Origin: an uncultured Planctomycetaceae bacterium
Lineage (GTDB): Bacteria; Planctomycetota; Planctomycetia; Planctomycetales; Planctomycetaceae
Direction: 5' to 3'
DNA length: 64,000 nt
Assembly: GCA_964427725.1 (NCBI GenBank)
Contig: CAYRVS010000007.1
Coordinates: 7,255-71,254 of the forward strand
A model generated the notes under the pieces. It did not search any database and was not told the origin of the DNA. It was given only the letters and a program-made list of their open reading frames with translations. Of this stretch, positions 1 through 10,140 are shown piece after piece. Each line of letters begins with the position of its first letter. The first letter of the stretch is position 1. A program made the position numbers and the translations under genes.

Positions 1-361
1 CGCCGATCGCCTGCTCCTCCGCGCCGGGAAGTTTGCCGAGGCCGCCGCCGGTCACATAGAGCAACGCATGTTCGGGGTGCTTGAGGTCGGCGGGTTCGTA
101 GAGATAGACCGGGTGGGTCCAGGTGATGTTCTGCCAGGTTTGCGAGACGAGCCGCAACCGGGTCGTCTTGACTCCGGCGACGAGGGTCGTGTCCTCGACG
201 CTCCAGGCGTAATCGGGTTCGGGACGGTTGATGTACTGAAAGAGGGCGTTGGGGATCGAGGCGTCGGCGGCGGCGACCGCTTCGGCGGCGAAGAGCGGGG
301 TCCCTGTCGCAAAAGAGACCACGATCGCCAGGATCCAGGTCCCGAAAAGGCGTAAGGTCAC
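1..361 (-). CDS. PhoPQ-activated pathogenicity-related (PqaA-type) family protein, N-terminal part; the gene runs off the left edge
   Basis: My own minus-strand translation from GTG at 361 gives VTLRLFGTWILAIVVSFATGTPLFAAEAVAAAD (signal-peptide-like). It continues PNALFQYINRPEPDYAWSVEDTT...LRLVSQTWQNITWTHPVYLYEPADLKHPEHALLYVTGGG, which resembles PqaA-family N-termini. It is absent from the ORF track because it is open at the window edge. Confidence 0.45.
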   Translation of the reverse strand, partial: MTLRLFGTWILAIVVSFATGTPLFAAEAVAAADASIPNALFQYINRPEPDYAWSVEDTTLVAGVKTTRLRLVSQTWQNITWTHPVYLYEPADLKHPEHALLYVTGGGLGKLPGAEEQAIG

Positions 362-460
362 GGCAGGCTTCCTCGAGTGAGCGGGATGGGTTGAAGAGTT
401 TTTCAAGATACCGCCGGATCGATCGATGTGCGACGGTCGGCGCGGAGGTGTGAATGCCCT

Positions 461-490
461 GATGGCCTGGGAAGGTCTTCCCGGGGCATC
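461..490. repeat. Degenerate copy of the 30-nt palindromic intergenic element (consensus GATGCCCAGGGAAGGCCTTCCCTGGGCATC)
   Basis: GATGGCCTGGGAAGGTCTTCCCGGGGCATC read directly. It has three arm mismatches relative to the perfect copies at 30731 and 53468. Confidence 0.5.
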
Positions 491-586
491 CCGGGATGTT
501 GATCCGCGTAAAACGGAATGCCCCCGGCGGCATGAATCTCCTATACTGATCCATGATCAATCGCATGGGGCCAAGGGTGATGCCGT

Positions 587-1198
587 ATGGCGATGAAACC
601 GTATGTGATGACCGTGATGGCGACGAATCGGGTGGGGATTCTCGCCGCGCTCGCCACCGCGCTCGATGAGCTGGGGGGAAGCTTCGTCGACATGAGCCTG
701 GCGATCATGCGACAGTACTTTACCGTGATCGCGGCGGTGGAGTTTCCCGAAACGCGCGACGCGGCGGTGATCATCGACCATATTCAAGCGGTCTGCCGAC
801 CGTTCGGCGGAGACGTAATTCTGAAGGACCCCGGCGAGGATCCGCTGCTCGAGGACGCGCCGATGTTGCCGCTGGAGACGACGAAGTATTTCCTGCGGAT
901 GGCGGGCGAGGATCGACCGGGAGTCCTGCGGAAAGTGTCGTTGCGGATGGCGCAGGAAGGGATCGACATCACCGACTTGTACGGCGAACGGGATGATGCC
1001 GCGGGGCGGTTCGCGTCGTGCCTGGAGTTGGCGGTTCCCGCGGGGGCCGATGTCAACGGCGTGAACCGCGATCTCAACGCGACGTATGCCGGACAAGGGG
1101 TGACATTCGAGTTGTATCGGGACGACGTGCTGCAGGCGATCGGCCAGCCGATGCCGCTCCATGTCCCGCCGCCGCGGAAGTTGACGCGGGTGGGGTGA
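587..1198 (+). CDS. ACT-domain protein (two ACT-like halves, GcvR/UPF0237-like)
   Basis: 203-aa ORF. YVMTVMATNRVGILAALATAL and FLRMAGEDRPGVLRKVSLRMAQEGIDI are typical ACT beta-alpha starts. It lies directly upstream of a UPF0210 gene, which is a known conserved pairing. Confidence 0.6.
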   Translation: MAMKPYVMTVMATNRVGILAALATALDELGGSFVDMSLAIMRQYFTVIAAVEFPETRDAAVIIDHIQAVCRPFGGDVILKDPGEDPLLEDAPMLPLETTKYFLRMAGEDRPGVLRKVSLRMAQEGIDITDLYGERDDAAGRFASCLELAVPAGADVNGVNRDLNATYAGQGVTFELYRDDVLQAIGQPMPLHVPPPRKLTRVG

Positions 1199-1248
1199 GT
1201 GGCGCGCCCGCCCGCGGCTCGCGGCCAAACGGAAGGATACATGGGACG

Positions 1249-2607
1249 ATGACACATCGCGCGCCGTTGCTGGCGGCTCCGCTCACCTGGTCGGGGCCGC
1301 CGTTGGAAGTGCGGACGATCACGTTGGGGATCAACGCGGGGGACTTGGCCAACCGCAATCTTCACGGGTTGTGCGAGTCGTTGTACCAGCGCGTGCTCGA
1401 GCGGGCGGGGAGCCTGTCGCGGGTCTGCGGCGAGGTCGCCGCGGAGTTGGGCGTCCCGATTCTGCAACGCCGGGTCTGCGTCTCACCGATCGATCGGCTC
1501 GCGGAAGGGCACGGCGGGGATGATCTGATCAACATCGGCCGGACGCTCGATGGCGCGGCGGCGAACGCCCATCTCGACCAGATCAGCGGGTTCTTCGTCC
1601 GCGCCCAGCACGGGTTGTCGAAAGGGACGCGGCAGATTCTCGGCGCGCTCCCGACGATTCTCGCGAACACCCAACGCGTCCATGCGGCGGTCGAGGCGGC
1701 GACCACCACAACCGGCGTCAATCTCGACGCGGTGACGCTGCTGGGATCGATGATCTCTCTAGCCGCCGTCGCCTCCGCCGACCGGAACGGCAGCGCCGCG
1801 GCCCGGCTCGCCGTACTGGCGAACGTCCCCGATGACGGTCCCCCGATCGCCGGCGCGTTCGGCGGCGACGGCTGGGGCGACAGCGTCGTCTTCGTCAGCG
1901 TCTCGGCGAGCGGCCCGATCCGGCATGCCGTCGCGCAGCGGCTCGAGACCGAACCGCGCGCCGACCTGCAAACGTTGGCGGGAGACATTCGGGCGGCGGC
2001 GTTCCAGGCGACCCGCGTCGCCGAGATGGTGGGGCGTCAGATCGCGCGCCGCATGAATGCCGAGTTGGGGCGGATCGACATCTCGCTCGCCCCGACGATT
2101 CGCCCGGGGCAGACGATCGCCGAGTTGCTGCAACTGTTGGGCGTTCCGGCGTTCGGGTCGCCGGGAACGGCGGCGGCCCTCGCGATGATCTGGAGCGCGG
2201 TTCGCGCGGGCGGACAATTCGCCTCGCCGCTCGCCGCCAGCCAAGTGGCGATTCTCCTGCCGGTGCTGCGCGATTCCGGATTGGTCTCGGCGACGGAGGC
2301 GGGCTCGCTCGAGCTGCAGCATCTGGCCTATTTGAGCGCGGTCGGCGGGCAAGGGCTCGATCTCGTGCCGATCCCCGGATCAACCGACGCGGCGACGATC
2401 TCCGCCCTCATCGCCGATCAACTCTCGACCGCCGCGATGAACAATCGGACCACGGTGGTGCGGCTGGTGCCCGTACCGGGCCGGCAGGCGGGGGAACGGG
2501 TCTCGTTCGATCGCGATCTGGGGGATGCGGTGGTGCTGGCGGTCCCGCCGACCAATGGGACGACGTTCCTGTCGCGCGGGGGGCGGTTGCCGACGATCAC
2601 GATGTGA
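1249..2607 (+). CDS. UPF0210 / DUF711 (PFL-like) family protein
   Basis: The track ORF 1018..2607 is trimmed to the in-frame ATG at 1249 (MTHRAPLL...), giving 452 aa, the usual UPF0210 length. The motifs RTITLGIN and ISLAPT, and the ACT-gene neighbour, fit the family. Confidence 0.75.
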   Translation: MTHRAPLLAAPLTWSGPPLEVRTITLGINAGDLANRNLHGLCESLYQRVLERAGSLSRVCGEVAAELGVPILQRRVCVSPIDRLAEGHGGDDLINIGRTLDGAAANAHLDQISGFFVRAQHGLSKGTRQILGALPTILANTQRVHAAVEAATTTTGVNLDAVTLLGSMISLAAVASADRNGSAAARLAVLANVPDDGPPIAGAFGGDGWGDSVVFVSVSASGPIRHAVAQRLETEPRADLQTLAGDIRAAAFQATRVAEMVGRQIARRMNAELGRIDISLAPTIRPGQTIAELLQLLGVPAFGSPGTAAALAMIWSAVRAGGQFASPLAASQVAILLPVLRDSGLVSATEAGSLELQHLAYLSAVGGQGLDLVPIPGSTDAATISALIADQLSTAAMNNRTTVVRLVPVPGRQAGERVSFDRDLGDAVVLAVPPTNGTTFLSRGGRLPTITM

Positions 2608-2639
2608 GGCCCCATGCGGCCGCAACGGATTGGGCGTGT

Positions 2640-2668
2640 GCCACTGGCTCCGCCAGTGGCTTCTTTTC
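2640..2668 (+). terminator. Intrinsic-terminator-like hairpin after the UPF0210 gene
   Basis: GCCACTGGC-TCC-GCCAGTGGC forms a 9-bp perfect stem and is followed by TTCTTTTC. It sits 33 nt after the stop at 2607. Confidence 0.55.
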
Positions 2669-2762
2669 GGAGGCTTTGTCGAGCGACCGCACTGGCGCAG
2701 CCGGTGGCACACGGTACTAAGCCCGTGGCACACCGCGGTTGCCGACGAACACGATGTAAGAA

Positions 2763-2784
2763 CCCCGGGGATGTCACCCCGGGG
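2763..2784 (-). terminator. Hairpin downstream of the DapA-family gene
   Basis: CCCCGGGG-ATGTCA-CCCCGGGG. On the minus strand it is followed by TTCTTAC. It sits about 35 nt after the stop at 2817. Confidence 0.4.
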
Positions 2785-2816
2785 CTTCATCAGGTGATGT
2801 GATCGTGACGTGGTGT

Positions 2817-3860
2817 TTACGCCATGCCGCGGCGTTTGAGTTCGCCGACGACCGCTTCCACGATGCGGCTGACCTCCGCCGGATTTCCTGACGGTTGACC
2901 GACTCCATGGGGTTGTCCCGAGACCGTGCAACCACCGGCCGGTTCGTCGGTGAAGCCATGCGCGGCGAGGAGGCATTGCAGGCGCTCGCCGAGTTTGGCG
3001 AGTTCGCGCTGTTGTTCCTCGGAGATCGGTTGGCGACCGACGCCGGTCTCGAACCCGCGCAGCCGGACCGCCGTGCGGAAGCCGTCGGGGAACTCGCTCG
3101 AAAGAATCATCGCGTCGAAGAGCTCGACGATGTCGTATTGCAGTTCCCGCGCCGCGGAAAGCTGCTCCGCCAGGGTCAACTCATACAGCTTGATGAGCAG
3201 TTCCGGGGCGACCCCGGAGGTGGCGTTGGTTCCGCCGTCGCAGCCCACGAGCAGCATCGGCATCAGGGCCGCGTCCCAACCGGTGAGGAAACTGAAGTCG
3301 GGCCGTTGCGGCCGGACGGCGCGAATCATCCGAATCATGTGCGGAATGTCGCCCGAGGAATCCTTGATGCCGATCACCTTGGGGCATTCGTCGGCGAGCC
3401 GCTGCACCGTGGGGACGTCGATCGGGCTGGCGAACAACGGAATGTTGTACAGGGTGACGTCGATCGGCGTGTGATCGGCGATCTCCTTGAAGTAGGCGTA
3501 AACCGCGCGGGGACTCAGCTTGAAATAGTACGGCGCGACGATGGCGACGGCGGCGGCCCCCAGTTCGTAATACTTCTCGCAGGCCCGCAGCGTCTCTTTG
3601 ACATTCGCCTCGGCGGCCCCCGCCAGGACCGGGACGCGGCCGTTCACCTGATCGCAGATGATCTCCATGATGCGGACCCGTTCCTCGACGGTGAACCGGG
3701 TGAATTCCCCGGTCGATCCGTTGGGGTAGAGTCCATGGATTCCCTTGGCGATCAGCCAATCGACGTAGCGCCGGAGTTCGCGCTCATGAATTTCGCCGTG
3801 GTCGTCGAGCGGGACGATGTTGGGGGTGAAGATCCCGCGGAGTTTGGCCTGACTGTGCAT
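2817..3860 (-). CDS. Dihydrodipicolinate synthase (DapA/NAL) family lyase
   Basis: 347-aa [21 protein letters not shown] and IGIKDSSGD (Schiff-base Lys context) are class I aldolase DapA-family signatures. Confidence 0.8.
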   Translation of the reverse strand: MHSQAKLRGIFTPNIVPLDDHGEIHERELRRYVDWLIAKGIHGLYPNGSTGEFTRFTVEERVRIMEIICDQVNGRVPVLAGAAEANVKETLRACEKYYELGAAAVAIVAPYYFKLSPRAVYAYFKEIADHTPIDVTLYNIPLFASPIDVPTVQRLADECPKVIGIKDSSGDIPHMIRMIRAVRPQRPDFSFLTGWDAALMPMLLVGCDGGTNATSGVAPELLIKLYELTLAEQLSAARELQYDIVELFDAMILSSEFPDGFRTAVRLRGFETGVGRQPISEEQQRELAKLGERLQCLLAAHGFTDEPAGGCTVSGQPHGVGQPSGNPAEVSRIVEAVVGELKRRGMA

Positions 3861-4291
3861 GGTAGGTCGATCTTACGGCGGGCGAAGGGGCTGGGTCGAG
3901 TTTGCCGGGCGGGGCGGGTTTGCCGATCGCGAAAAGTCGTGACGAATGTGCGGGCCGTGGTCGTCCGCGACCGCGTCATACCAGCCCTATCGGCAGGTCC
4001 CGGCGTGTGACCCAAGCTTTCCGCGGGCGGACGGTGTCTCCGGGAGATCGACAGGACGGGATCTCCGGCGTGTCCAGCCCGGTGGCGGATCAGTTGCCGG
4101 AGTGGGAAACCGTCGCCCTCGGTCCCTGACACCATGGTGTCGTGCCAACGCCGGGACACACTTGGTACATGAGTCGACTCAAGTCTCCCTCCGCTCATCG
4201 TACGCCGGGGTGACGCCGCGCCGCGCTTTGCGGGGTCGGACGGTCTTGGATGGAACCGGGGTATCCGACCGCGGGGACCCCCGACTAAGAT

Positions 4292-5236
4292 TTGTTCGGC
4301 GAAGCTGCTCCACATCATCATGCGGGCCCTGCGATGTCGTTCGCGGCACGACCACCCTCCACGCAATGGGAGCCGATTCCGGTCGGGGCCGGCGGATTGG
4401 CCGTTTGGGCCTGGTTCAAGCCGCCGCAAGCGCCGCAATCGGTCACCTTGCAGCTTCCGCCGGAAGCTTGGCGGCGCCCCGATTGGCTCGCGCTGTTGAC
4501 CCTGCGACATTTGGCGGCCGCCGTCGGTTTGCCCGCGCTGCAAGGCTGGACGTACGGCGGTCAGGCCGTCGCGCTCGATCCCGCCACCGCCGTGCTGCTC
4601 GATCAACCGCTCCCGCCGCCGGTCACGGGGCTCGACCCCTCACTGATTCTTTGGGTTCCCTGGGAAGTGACGGCGCAGCCGACCATGGTCGTGGCCCCCG
4701 GCGCGGCGGCGGTCACGGGCGACCAAGAGATCATGTTTCAGCAGATGGCCGGTTACTGGCAGGCGCTGCTGCAGCTTGAATCCGACCTTCGCCGGGTCCG
4801 CATGCAGCTCGAGCAAGCCGTCTCGCGACTATCGTCCCTGAATCGTGATCTCAACTCCGAAGAGGCCCTCGCCGCCGACAATCAGGACAAGAAGGATTGG
4901 CAGGACGCGCGACGGTGGCTCCGCGACTGCGCGCATGGACTCAACCGCTCGATCAAGGAAATCGACATCGGCATCATCAGCGGCGCGGGGCAGCGACATC
5001 GCTTCGACGACCTGATGAAGCAACATGTCATCCCCCGGATCCCGTTCGCGGGGATGCCGCAGGCGGTCGTCGATTTCGAGATGCTGCACAGGACGGCGAA
5101 AAACGTCCTCGCCGCCGCCCAAACGGTTCTCGCGAAAGGCTCGGCCGACGGCGAACGCCGCGCGCAGGCGGTCCTCAACCGCATCGGGCAGAAACAACGT
5201 CAACGCCGCAACAAAGCCCGCGGCGCGAACGCGTGA
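4292..5236 (+). CDS. Hypothetical protein with a coiled-coil C-terminal half
   Basis: 314-aa ORF (alternative ATG at 4334). The composition is non-repetitive (W/Q/L-rich, Lys/Arg tail), unlike the Arg/Pro-rich antisense frames. I recognise no family. Confidence 0.45.
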   Translation: MFGEAAPHHHAGPAMSFAARPPSTQWEPIPVGAGGLAVWAWFKPPQAPQSVTLQLPPEAWRRPDWLALLTLRHLAAAVGLPALQGWTYGGQAVALDPATAVLLDQPLPPPVTGLDPSLILWVPWEVTAQPTMVVAPGAAAVTGDQEIMFQQMAGYWQALLQLESDLRRVRMQLEQAVSRLSSLNRDLNSEEALAADNQDKKDWQDARRWLRDCAHGLNRSIKEIDIGIISGAGQRHRFDDLMKQHVIPRIPFAGMPQAVVDFEMLHRTAKNVLAAAQTVLAKGSADGERRAQAVLNRIGQKQRQRRNKARGANA

Positions 5237-5652
5237 GCCTGGGGATGTCCGCCGCCCCCGAGAGCGGCGCGGCGTCAGCCCCTCGCCGCTGCAAGCTGTC
5301 GAGAGTGGAAGGGCGGGTTAAGTTCGGACAGGGTTGAAATCACGACCAGCCATGAACAACGATCGCCGGCTGGACGAGTCCCTAAGGCCTTCGCCCCGCA
5401 AGCCTCCATCGCCACCCCTCTCCGCGCGGCGGTTAGCGCCGGCCGCTCCTTGGGCAAGTTGGTGGGCGAGTCTTCGTTCGAGACGGCCAATCCCGCTGAT
5501 CACTGGAAAAGCTGTCGTAGACTTGGTTTGACGGGCGGTGTTCAGGCTCGCCTCGACGAAGACCGGATGTTCGACTGGACAGAGGAACTGCGGTCTTCGG
5601 ATCATGCCCCTGATCCGTCGCCGCGATCTCTCCAAACACTCGGAGCCGAGTC

Positions 5653-6684
5653 ATGAGGAACCCACCCAGGCACCCGCGTTGGATCGCCGCGTGCCTGGGA
5701 GGGTGGCTCGCGTGCGTGGCCGCGGCCCGATCCGAGGATCGCGTCGTCTTTCAACCCGCCGGGCAAAGCGGTCGCGTCACGATGGCGGGGTTGATTCAAG
5801 ACTACACCGGCCGCGAGCTCGTCCTCCTCACGCGGGTGGGGGAAGGCCGCAAACGGATCCCCGCGCGCGAGGTCGTGGAAGTCACCACCAGCTATGTCGC
5901 CGCGCATGAACGTGGCCGCCGCGAGCTGGAATCGGGCGAGCTCGTCGCCGCGCAAGGGAGCCTCATGAAGGCGCTGGACGACGAAGAGCGGGCCTGGGTT
6001 CGGCGGGAAATCCTCGCCCTCCTCGCGCAGCTCGCGATTCGTCGCCGCGACTATGTGCAAGCGGGGACGCGGACGTTGGCGATCATCGAATCGGATCCCA
6101 CCACGCCCCATTATCAACTCTTGCCGCTCGTGTGGACCGAGACCCCGCCCGCCGCGGTCCCCATCGAAGCCCGCAGTTGGATTCGATCCGATGCCCGCGC
6201 CACGCGGCTCTTGGGGGCGAGCTGGCTCTTGACCAGCGACGAGCGGCCCCTCGCCGAACGGACGCTTGAAGACCTCGCCACCGACACCGACCCGGCGATC
6301 CAACGACTCGCCCAAGGTCAGCAGTGGCGGTTGCGACTCGGTCGCGACGACCTCTCGGTCGAGGGCCTCCGGCAATGGGAGCGGCAACTGGCATCGTGGG
6401 CCCCGGAATGGCGACCGGGGGGCTACTTCCTCATCGGGCGCGGATACGCCGAATTGCAGGAATGGCTCCCCGCCGCCGCCGCCTGGATGTGGCTTCCCAC
6501 CGTCTATCCGCAACGGCGTGATCTGACGGCGACGGCGCTCCTGTCGGCGGGCGTGGCCCTCGCGGCGGCCGGCGACACCCCCGCCGCGATCCGTCTCGCC
6601 CGCGAAGTCACCACGTACTACCCGGAGTTCCCGCAGGCCGAAACCGCCCGCGATCTGATCACGAAATGGATGGGCTCCCCTTGA
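5653..6684 (+). CDS. Hypothetical secreted protein (helical-repeat-like)
   Basis: 343-aa ORF with N-terminal WIAACLGGWLACVAAARSED, which looks like a signal peptide. The overlapping minus-strand ORF 5602..6690 is Arg/Gly/Pro-rich and looks spurious. Confidence 0.5.
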   Translation: MRNPPRHPRWIAACLGGWLACVAAARSEDRVVFQPAGQSGRVTMAGLIQDYTGRELVLLTRVGEGRKRIPAREVVEVTTSYVAAHERGRRELESGELVAAQGSLMKALDDEERAWVRREILALLAQLAIRRRDYVQAGTRTLAIIESDPTTPHYQLLPLVWTETPPAAVPIEARSWIRSDARATRLLGASWLLTSDERPLAERTLEDLATDTDPAIQRLAQGQQWRLRLGRDDLSVEGLRQWERQLASWAPEWRPGGYFLIGRGYAELQEWLPAAAAWMWLPTVYPQRRDLTATALLSAGVALAAAGDTPAAIRLAREVTTYYPEFPQAETARDLITKWMGSP

Positions 6685-6718
6685 TGCCACTCATGGCCAT
6701 GGGTGGGCCTCCGGGTGG

Positions 6719-9031
6719 TCATTTCACCGTCTCGACCTCCAACCCCACATCGATGAACTGTCCGCCGCCGGTTTGATGGCAATGGACCGCCAGCACGTTC
6801 GTCCCCACCCGCAACGCCTCCCGCGCCACTTCCGACAGCCGCAGCGACTTGTACTCGGTCGTGTACCCCCCGGTCTGCTTAATCAAGACGCCGTTGAGAT
6901 GGACGGTCGCCTCCTCATCGTGATGGATTCGTAACCGCAACGCCCCTTCCGGCAACTTCTCGAGCGTGAACTCGCGACGGGCCCAGATGTCGGGCGTTTT
7001 CCACTCGGTCCCCACCTTGCTCCCCGGCGTCGACGGTTCCCCGAATCCGCCGCGGCCTGCACGCCATGTCGCCGCGTCGAATTCGGGCTCTTCCCAGCCT
7101 TCCGCCGGTGTCTCGGTCACATACCGCCACATCGCGGGGGTCTCTTCGGCGGTCGGGACGAGCGTTCGCCGAACGGTCTCGCGCGGCGACCACAACGCCT
7201 GATGCGCCTTGGCCAGAACGTCGACCGGCAACTTCTCGATCGCCCGGTCATACGTCATCAGCCCGTTGACCTCGATCTCGACGTCGGTCGTCTGCGTGTA
7301 GATCGCCGCCGACAGGCCCTGCCGCACGAGCGCCGGGAGTTGATCGACGAGGTCGAGATAGGCGTCGGTCAGCGCCGCCTGCGTCGTGAAGCTGCGATAG
7401 CCCCAGTTCTGCTCGTCCTGCCAGGTGTGCCTCTTCAGCGGCAATCCCAGCCCGCCATATTCCCCCAGCACCCCCGCGCGAGTTGCCGACGGCGCGACCA
7501 TCGTCGGCCCCGGATAACGATGGATGTCGATCACGTCCCCCACCGGGAAGTCGTTTCCTCCCGATGCGCAATTCACCAGCCGTGATGGATCGTACTCTTT
7601 GGTCCACTGGGTGACGGCGACGGTGTCGGCCTGACCCCAGGCCTCGTTGAAGGGAACCCACATCACGATCGACGGATGGGGCCGCAGCGCGTCGATGATC
7701 CGTTGCCATTCGGTCCGATAGTTCGCCGCCGACTCCGCGGTCCGGGTGATCTCGGTCCCATCATGACCGCCGAACGGATCCCATGCCGCGTGGCGATCGC
7801 CGTTGGGCATGTCCTGCCAAACGAGCATCCCGAGCTCGTCGCAATACCGATACCAGCGCGCGGGTTCGACCTTCACATGCTTGCGGATCATGTTGAAGCC
7901 GTATCGCTTGGTCTGCTCGATGTCGAACTTCAGCGCGGCGTCGGTCGGCGCGGTGTAAAGCCCATCCGGCCACCACCCCTGATCGAGCGTCCCATATTGA
8001 AACAACGGCTCGTTGTTGAGCAGGATCCGCAGGATCCCCCGGTCGTCTTTTCCGAGCGATATCTTGCGGTGGGCGAAATAGGTCTGCACGACGTCAAGCA
8101 CCCGGCCCTGCTTGTCGAGGAGCTTCAGCTCCATATCGATCAGCCGCGGGGTCGCTGGGCTCCACAAGACCTTGCGGTACTCGGGCGAACTGCTCATCCC
8201 CACCGGCTGTCGATTCTTCGCCGGCAGCGTATAGGTTCCCTCGTACCGCGCGCCACCCAGCGAGTAACTCGTCCGGACGGCGATGTGCGTGACGTCCTCG
8301 CCGGCGTAATCGACCCACAACGACGCGGTGTCGCGATCGATGTCGGGGGTCACCACCACGCTGCGCACATGCGACTTCGGCACCGGTTCCAACCACACCG
8401 TCTGCCAGATCCCCGTCACCGAGGTGTACCAGATGCCGTTCGGCTTGCGGACCTGCTTGCCGCGCGGCTGGTACCCGTCGTCGGTGTTGTCGACGACCCT
8501 GATCACGAGCTCCTGCGTCGCGTTCGATTCGGGCCGAAGCGCCGAGGTGATGTTGAATGAGAACGGGTCATAACCGCCGCGATGTAGGCCGATTTCCCGA
8601 CCATTGACCCAGACCGTCGCCTCCCAATCGACCGCGCCGAACTGCAGCAGCACCTCTTGGCCGGTCCACGCCGCGTCCGTGGGAACCGTGAACGTGCGGC
8701 GGTACCACAGCGCCTGCCCGGGCGCGACCGGCTGCATCACCCCGGAAAGGGCCGACTCGATCGCGAACGGGACCAGAATCTCCCCCTCCCACACGGCGGG
8801 AGGCGTCCGCTCCGCGACGGGAGCGAGGGCGTACTGCCACAGCCCGTTCAAGTTGAGCCATGCGGGCCGGACCAGTTGCGGCCGCGGATATTCGAGATGG
8901 ACGGTCTCGGGCGCGACGTCGCCGGCCCAGCGGGTCATCAGCGGAGCCCGCTTCGGGGTCCATTCCGCGAACGCAACGGAAGTGCCGGCGACACTGACAA
9001 CCAGACTCAACAACCACGCGGAGGCGCGCAT
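6719..9031 (-). CDS. Glycoside hydrolase family 2 (beta-galactosidase/beta-glucuronidase-like) with an extra C-terminal jelly-roll-like domain
   Basis: The track ORF is trimmed to the ATG at 9031 (MRASAWLLSLVVSVAGTSVAFA signal peptide). GFNMIRKH, WVPFNEAWGQ and TDVEIEVNGLMTYDR are GH2 TIM-barrel-type motifs. Confidence 0.8.
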   Translation of the reverse strand: MRASAWLLSLVVSVAGTSVAFAEWTPKRAPLMTRWAGDVAPETVHLEYPRPQLVRPAWLNLNGLWQYALAPVAERTPPAVWEGEILVPFAIESALSGVMQPVAPGQALWYRRTFTVPTDAAWTGQEVLLQFGAVDWEATVWVNGREIGLHRGGYDPFSFNITSALRPESNATQELVIRVVDNTDDGYQPRGKQVRKPNGIWYTSVTGIWQTVWLEPVPKSHVRSVVVTPDIDRDTASLWVDYAGEDVTHIAVRTSYSLGGARYEGTYTLPAKNRQPVGMSSSPEYRKVLWSPATPRLIDMELKLLDKQGRVLDVVQTYFAHRKISLGKDDRGILRILLNNEPLFQYGTLDQGWWPDGLYTAPTDAALKFDIEQTKRYGFNMIRKHVKVEPARWYRYCDELGMLVWQDMPNGDRHAAWDPFGGHDGTEITRTAESAANYRTEWQRIIDALRPHPSIVMWVPFNEAWGQADTVAVTQWTKEYDPSRLVNCASGGNDFPVGDVIDIHRYPGPTMVAPSATRAGVLGEYGGLGLPLKRHTWQDEQNWGYRSFTTQAALTDAYLDLVDQLPALVRQGLSAAIYTQTTDVEIEVNGLMTYDRAIEKLPVDVLAKAHQALWSPRETVRRTLVPTAEETPAMWRYVTETPAEGWEEPEFDAATWRAGRGGFGEPSTPGSKVGTEWKTPDIWARREFTLEKLPEGALRLRIHHDEEATVHLNGVLIKQTGGYTTEYKSLRLSEVAREALRVGTNVLAVHCHQTGGGQFIDVGLEVETVK

Positions 9032-9204
9032 GGGGGTTTCCTCGAAGGATGGTTCCTTGGTGTGATTTCTCGGCATAGAGAGTAACCATTTCCGGCATTT
9101 CGGGCGAATCCCCCTCGCGACAACCATTCTCAATCCGTCTGTGATCTCGCGAAGGTCGAGAATCCCGAAGCTCGACAACGGACCGTGTCACTTCGAGATG
9201 GCTG

Positions 9205-9921
9205 CTATCGCGACGTCAGCCATGGCATGAGCCCCGGCAGACCGATCGACTCCCGGCTCGCCAGCGGTTCGCCGTACTTCTTGCCGATCGACCAGCCCCA
9301 GTAACGGGCCCGGTCGTGAATGTCATCCAGTGGCGTGGGGAACTCCGGTGACTTCCCGATGAGGAACTGACTCTCATAACAGCGGACCGCGTCCATTTTG
9401 CGGTCCATCACGTCGCTGATGTCGACGACGAACGCCGGTTGCGGATGAATCCGTAGATGGATGCTCCAGAAATAGAAGATCGTGGGGGGATGATACGGTT
9501 CCCCCGCGAGATCGGTCCGCGTCAACTTGGCCCAGAAGCGGGCGTCGTCACAGAGTCGACTCGCGACGACATGATCAGGATGGGCATCGTCCCAATACGG
9601 GGCGAGAATCACCCGGGGCCGCGTGACCCGAAAGACTTCCGCCAACAACCGACGCGCCTCGAGCGTCCCTTCCAGCTTGCGATTCGGCAGCCCGAGAGTG
9701 TGCCGCCAATCGAGCCCCAGCACCCGTGTGGCGGACGCCGTCTCCCGCGCGCGCAACGCGGGACTCCCATGCGGCGTCGGTTCCCCATCGGTCAGTTCCA
9801 CGACCCCCACGCGCAGGCCTTGCCCCTTCGAGACGAGGAGCGTCCCGCCGACGCTGATCTCGGCGTCATCGGGATGCGGCGCGACGACCAACACATCCAG
9901 CGGCGTCTCGGGCGGTTTCAT
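9205..9921 (-). CDS. PIG-L (LmbE/BshB-like) family N-acetylglucosaminyl deacetylase
   Basis: 238 aa. [19 protein letters not shown] and HPDH are the PIG-L zinc-binding motifs. Confidence 0.8.
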   Translation of the reverse strand: MKPPETPLDVLVVAPHPDDAEISVGGTLLVSKGQGLRVGVVELTDGEPTPHGSPALRARETASATRVLGLDWRHTLGLPNRKLEGTLEARRLLAEVFRVTRPRVILAPYWDDAHPDHVVASRLCDDARFWAKLTRTDLAGEPYHPPTIFYFWSIHLRIHPQPAFVVDISDVMDRKMDAVRCYESQFLIGKSPEFPTPLDDIHDRARYWGWSIGKKYGEPLASRESIGLPGLMPWLTSR

Positions 9922-9940
9922 CGATTTCCCAATACAGAGT

Positions 9941-10124
9941 AGGAACCACGAAACACACGAAATGACACGAACGAATCTTCAACTGGTGCCACCGGAGGCT
10001 CGATGGTGATTCTCGGCAAATACGGTGAATCATTCGTCGTGTCGCGAATGTTGTCGCTGTGAGTGAGCCATCATCCCGTCGTCTCGGAGTTGTTCCATGC
10101 CGTTTCGCGTATTTCGTGGTTCAT
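9941..10124. repeat. CACGAAA-rich imperfect inverted repeat (MITE-like), family copy 1
   Basis: The left arm AGGAACCACGAAACACACGAAATGACACGAACGAATC pairs with the right arm ...CGTTTCGCGTATTTCGTGGTTC. The GGAACCACGAAACACACGAA core recurs at 63285-63310 and inverted at 63505-63527. Confidence 0.55.
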
Positions 10125-10140
10125 GAATCACCTCACGGGA

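Noticed and set aside
2637-2745. Three GTGGCACAC / GTGTGCCAC motifs resembling the sigma-54 -24 element (TGGCAC)
   Set aside because: The best candidate, TGGCAC-ACCGCGG-TTGC, has a 7-nt spacer instead of the required 5. It also lies between two convergent gene ends, where no promoter is needed. It is more likely part of terminator-type hairpins.
4128-4141. 14-nt perfect palindrome GACACCATGGTGTC in a divergent intergenic region
   Set aside because: Several palindromes of this length are expected by chance in 64 kb of GC-biased sequence. I saw no second copy and no supporting context.
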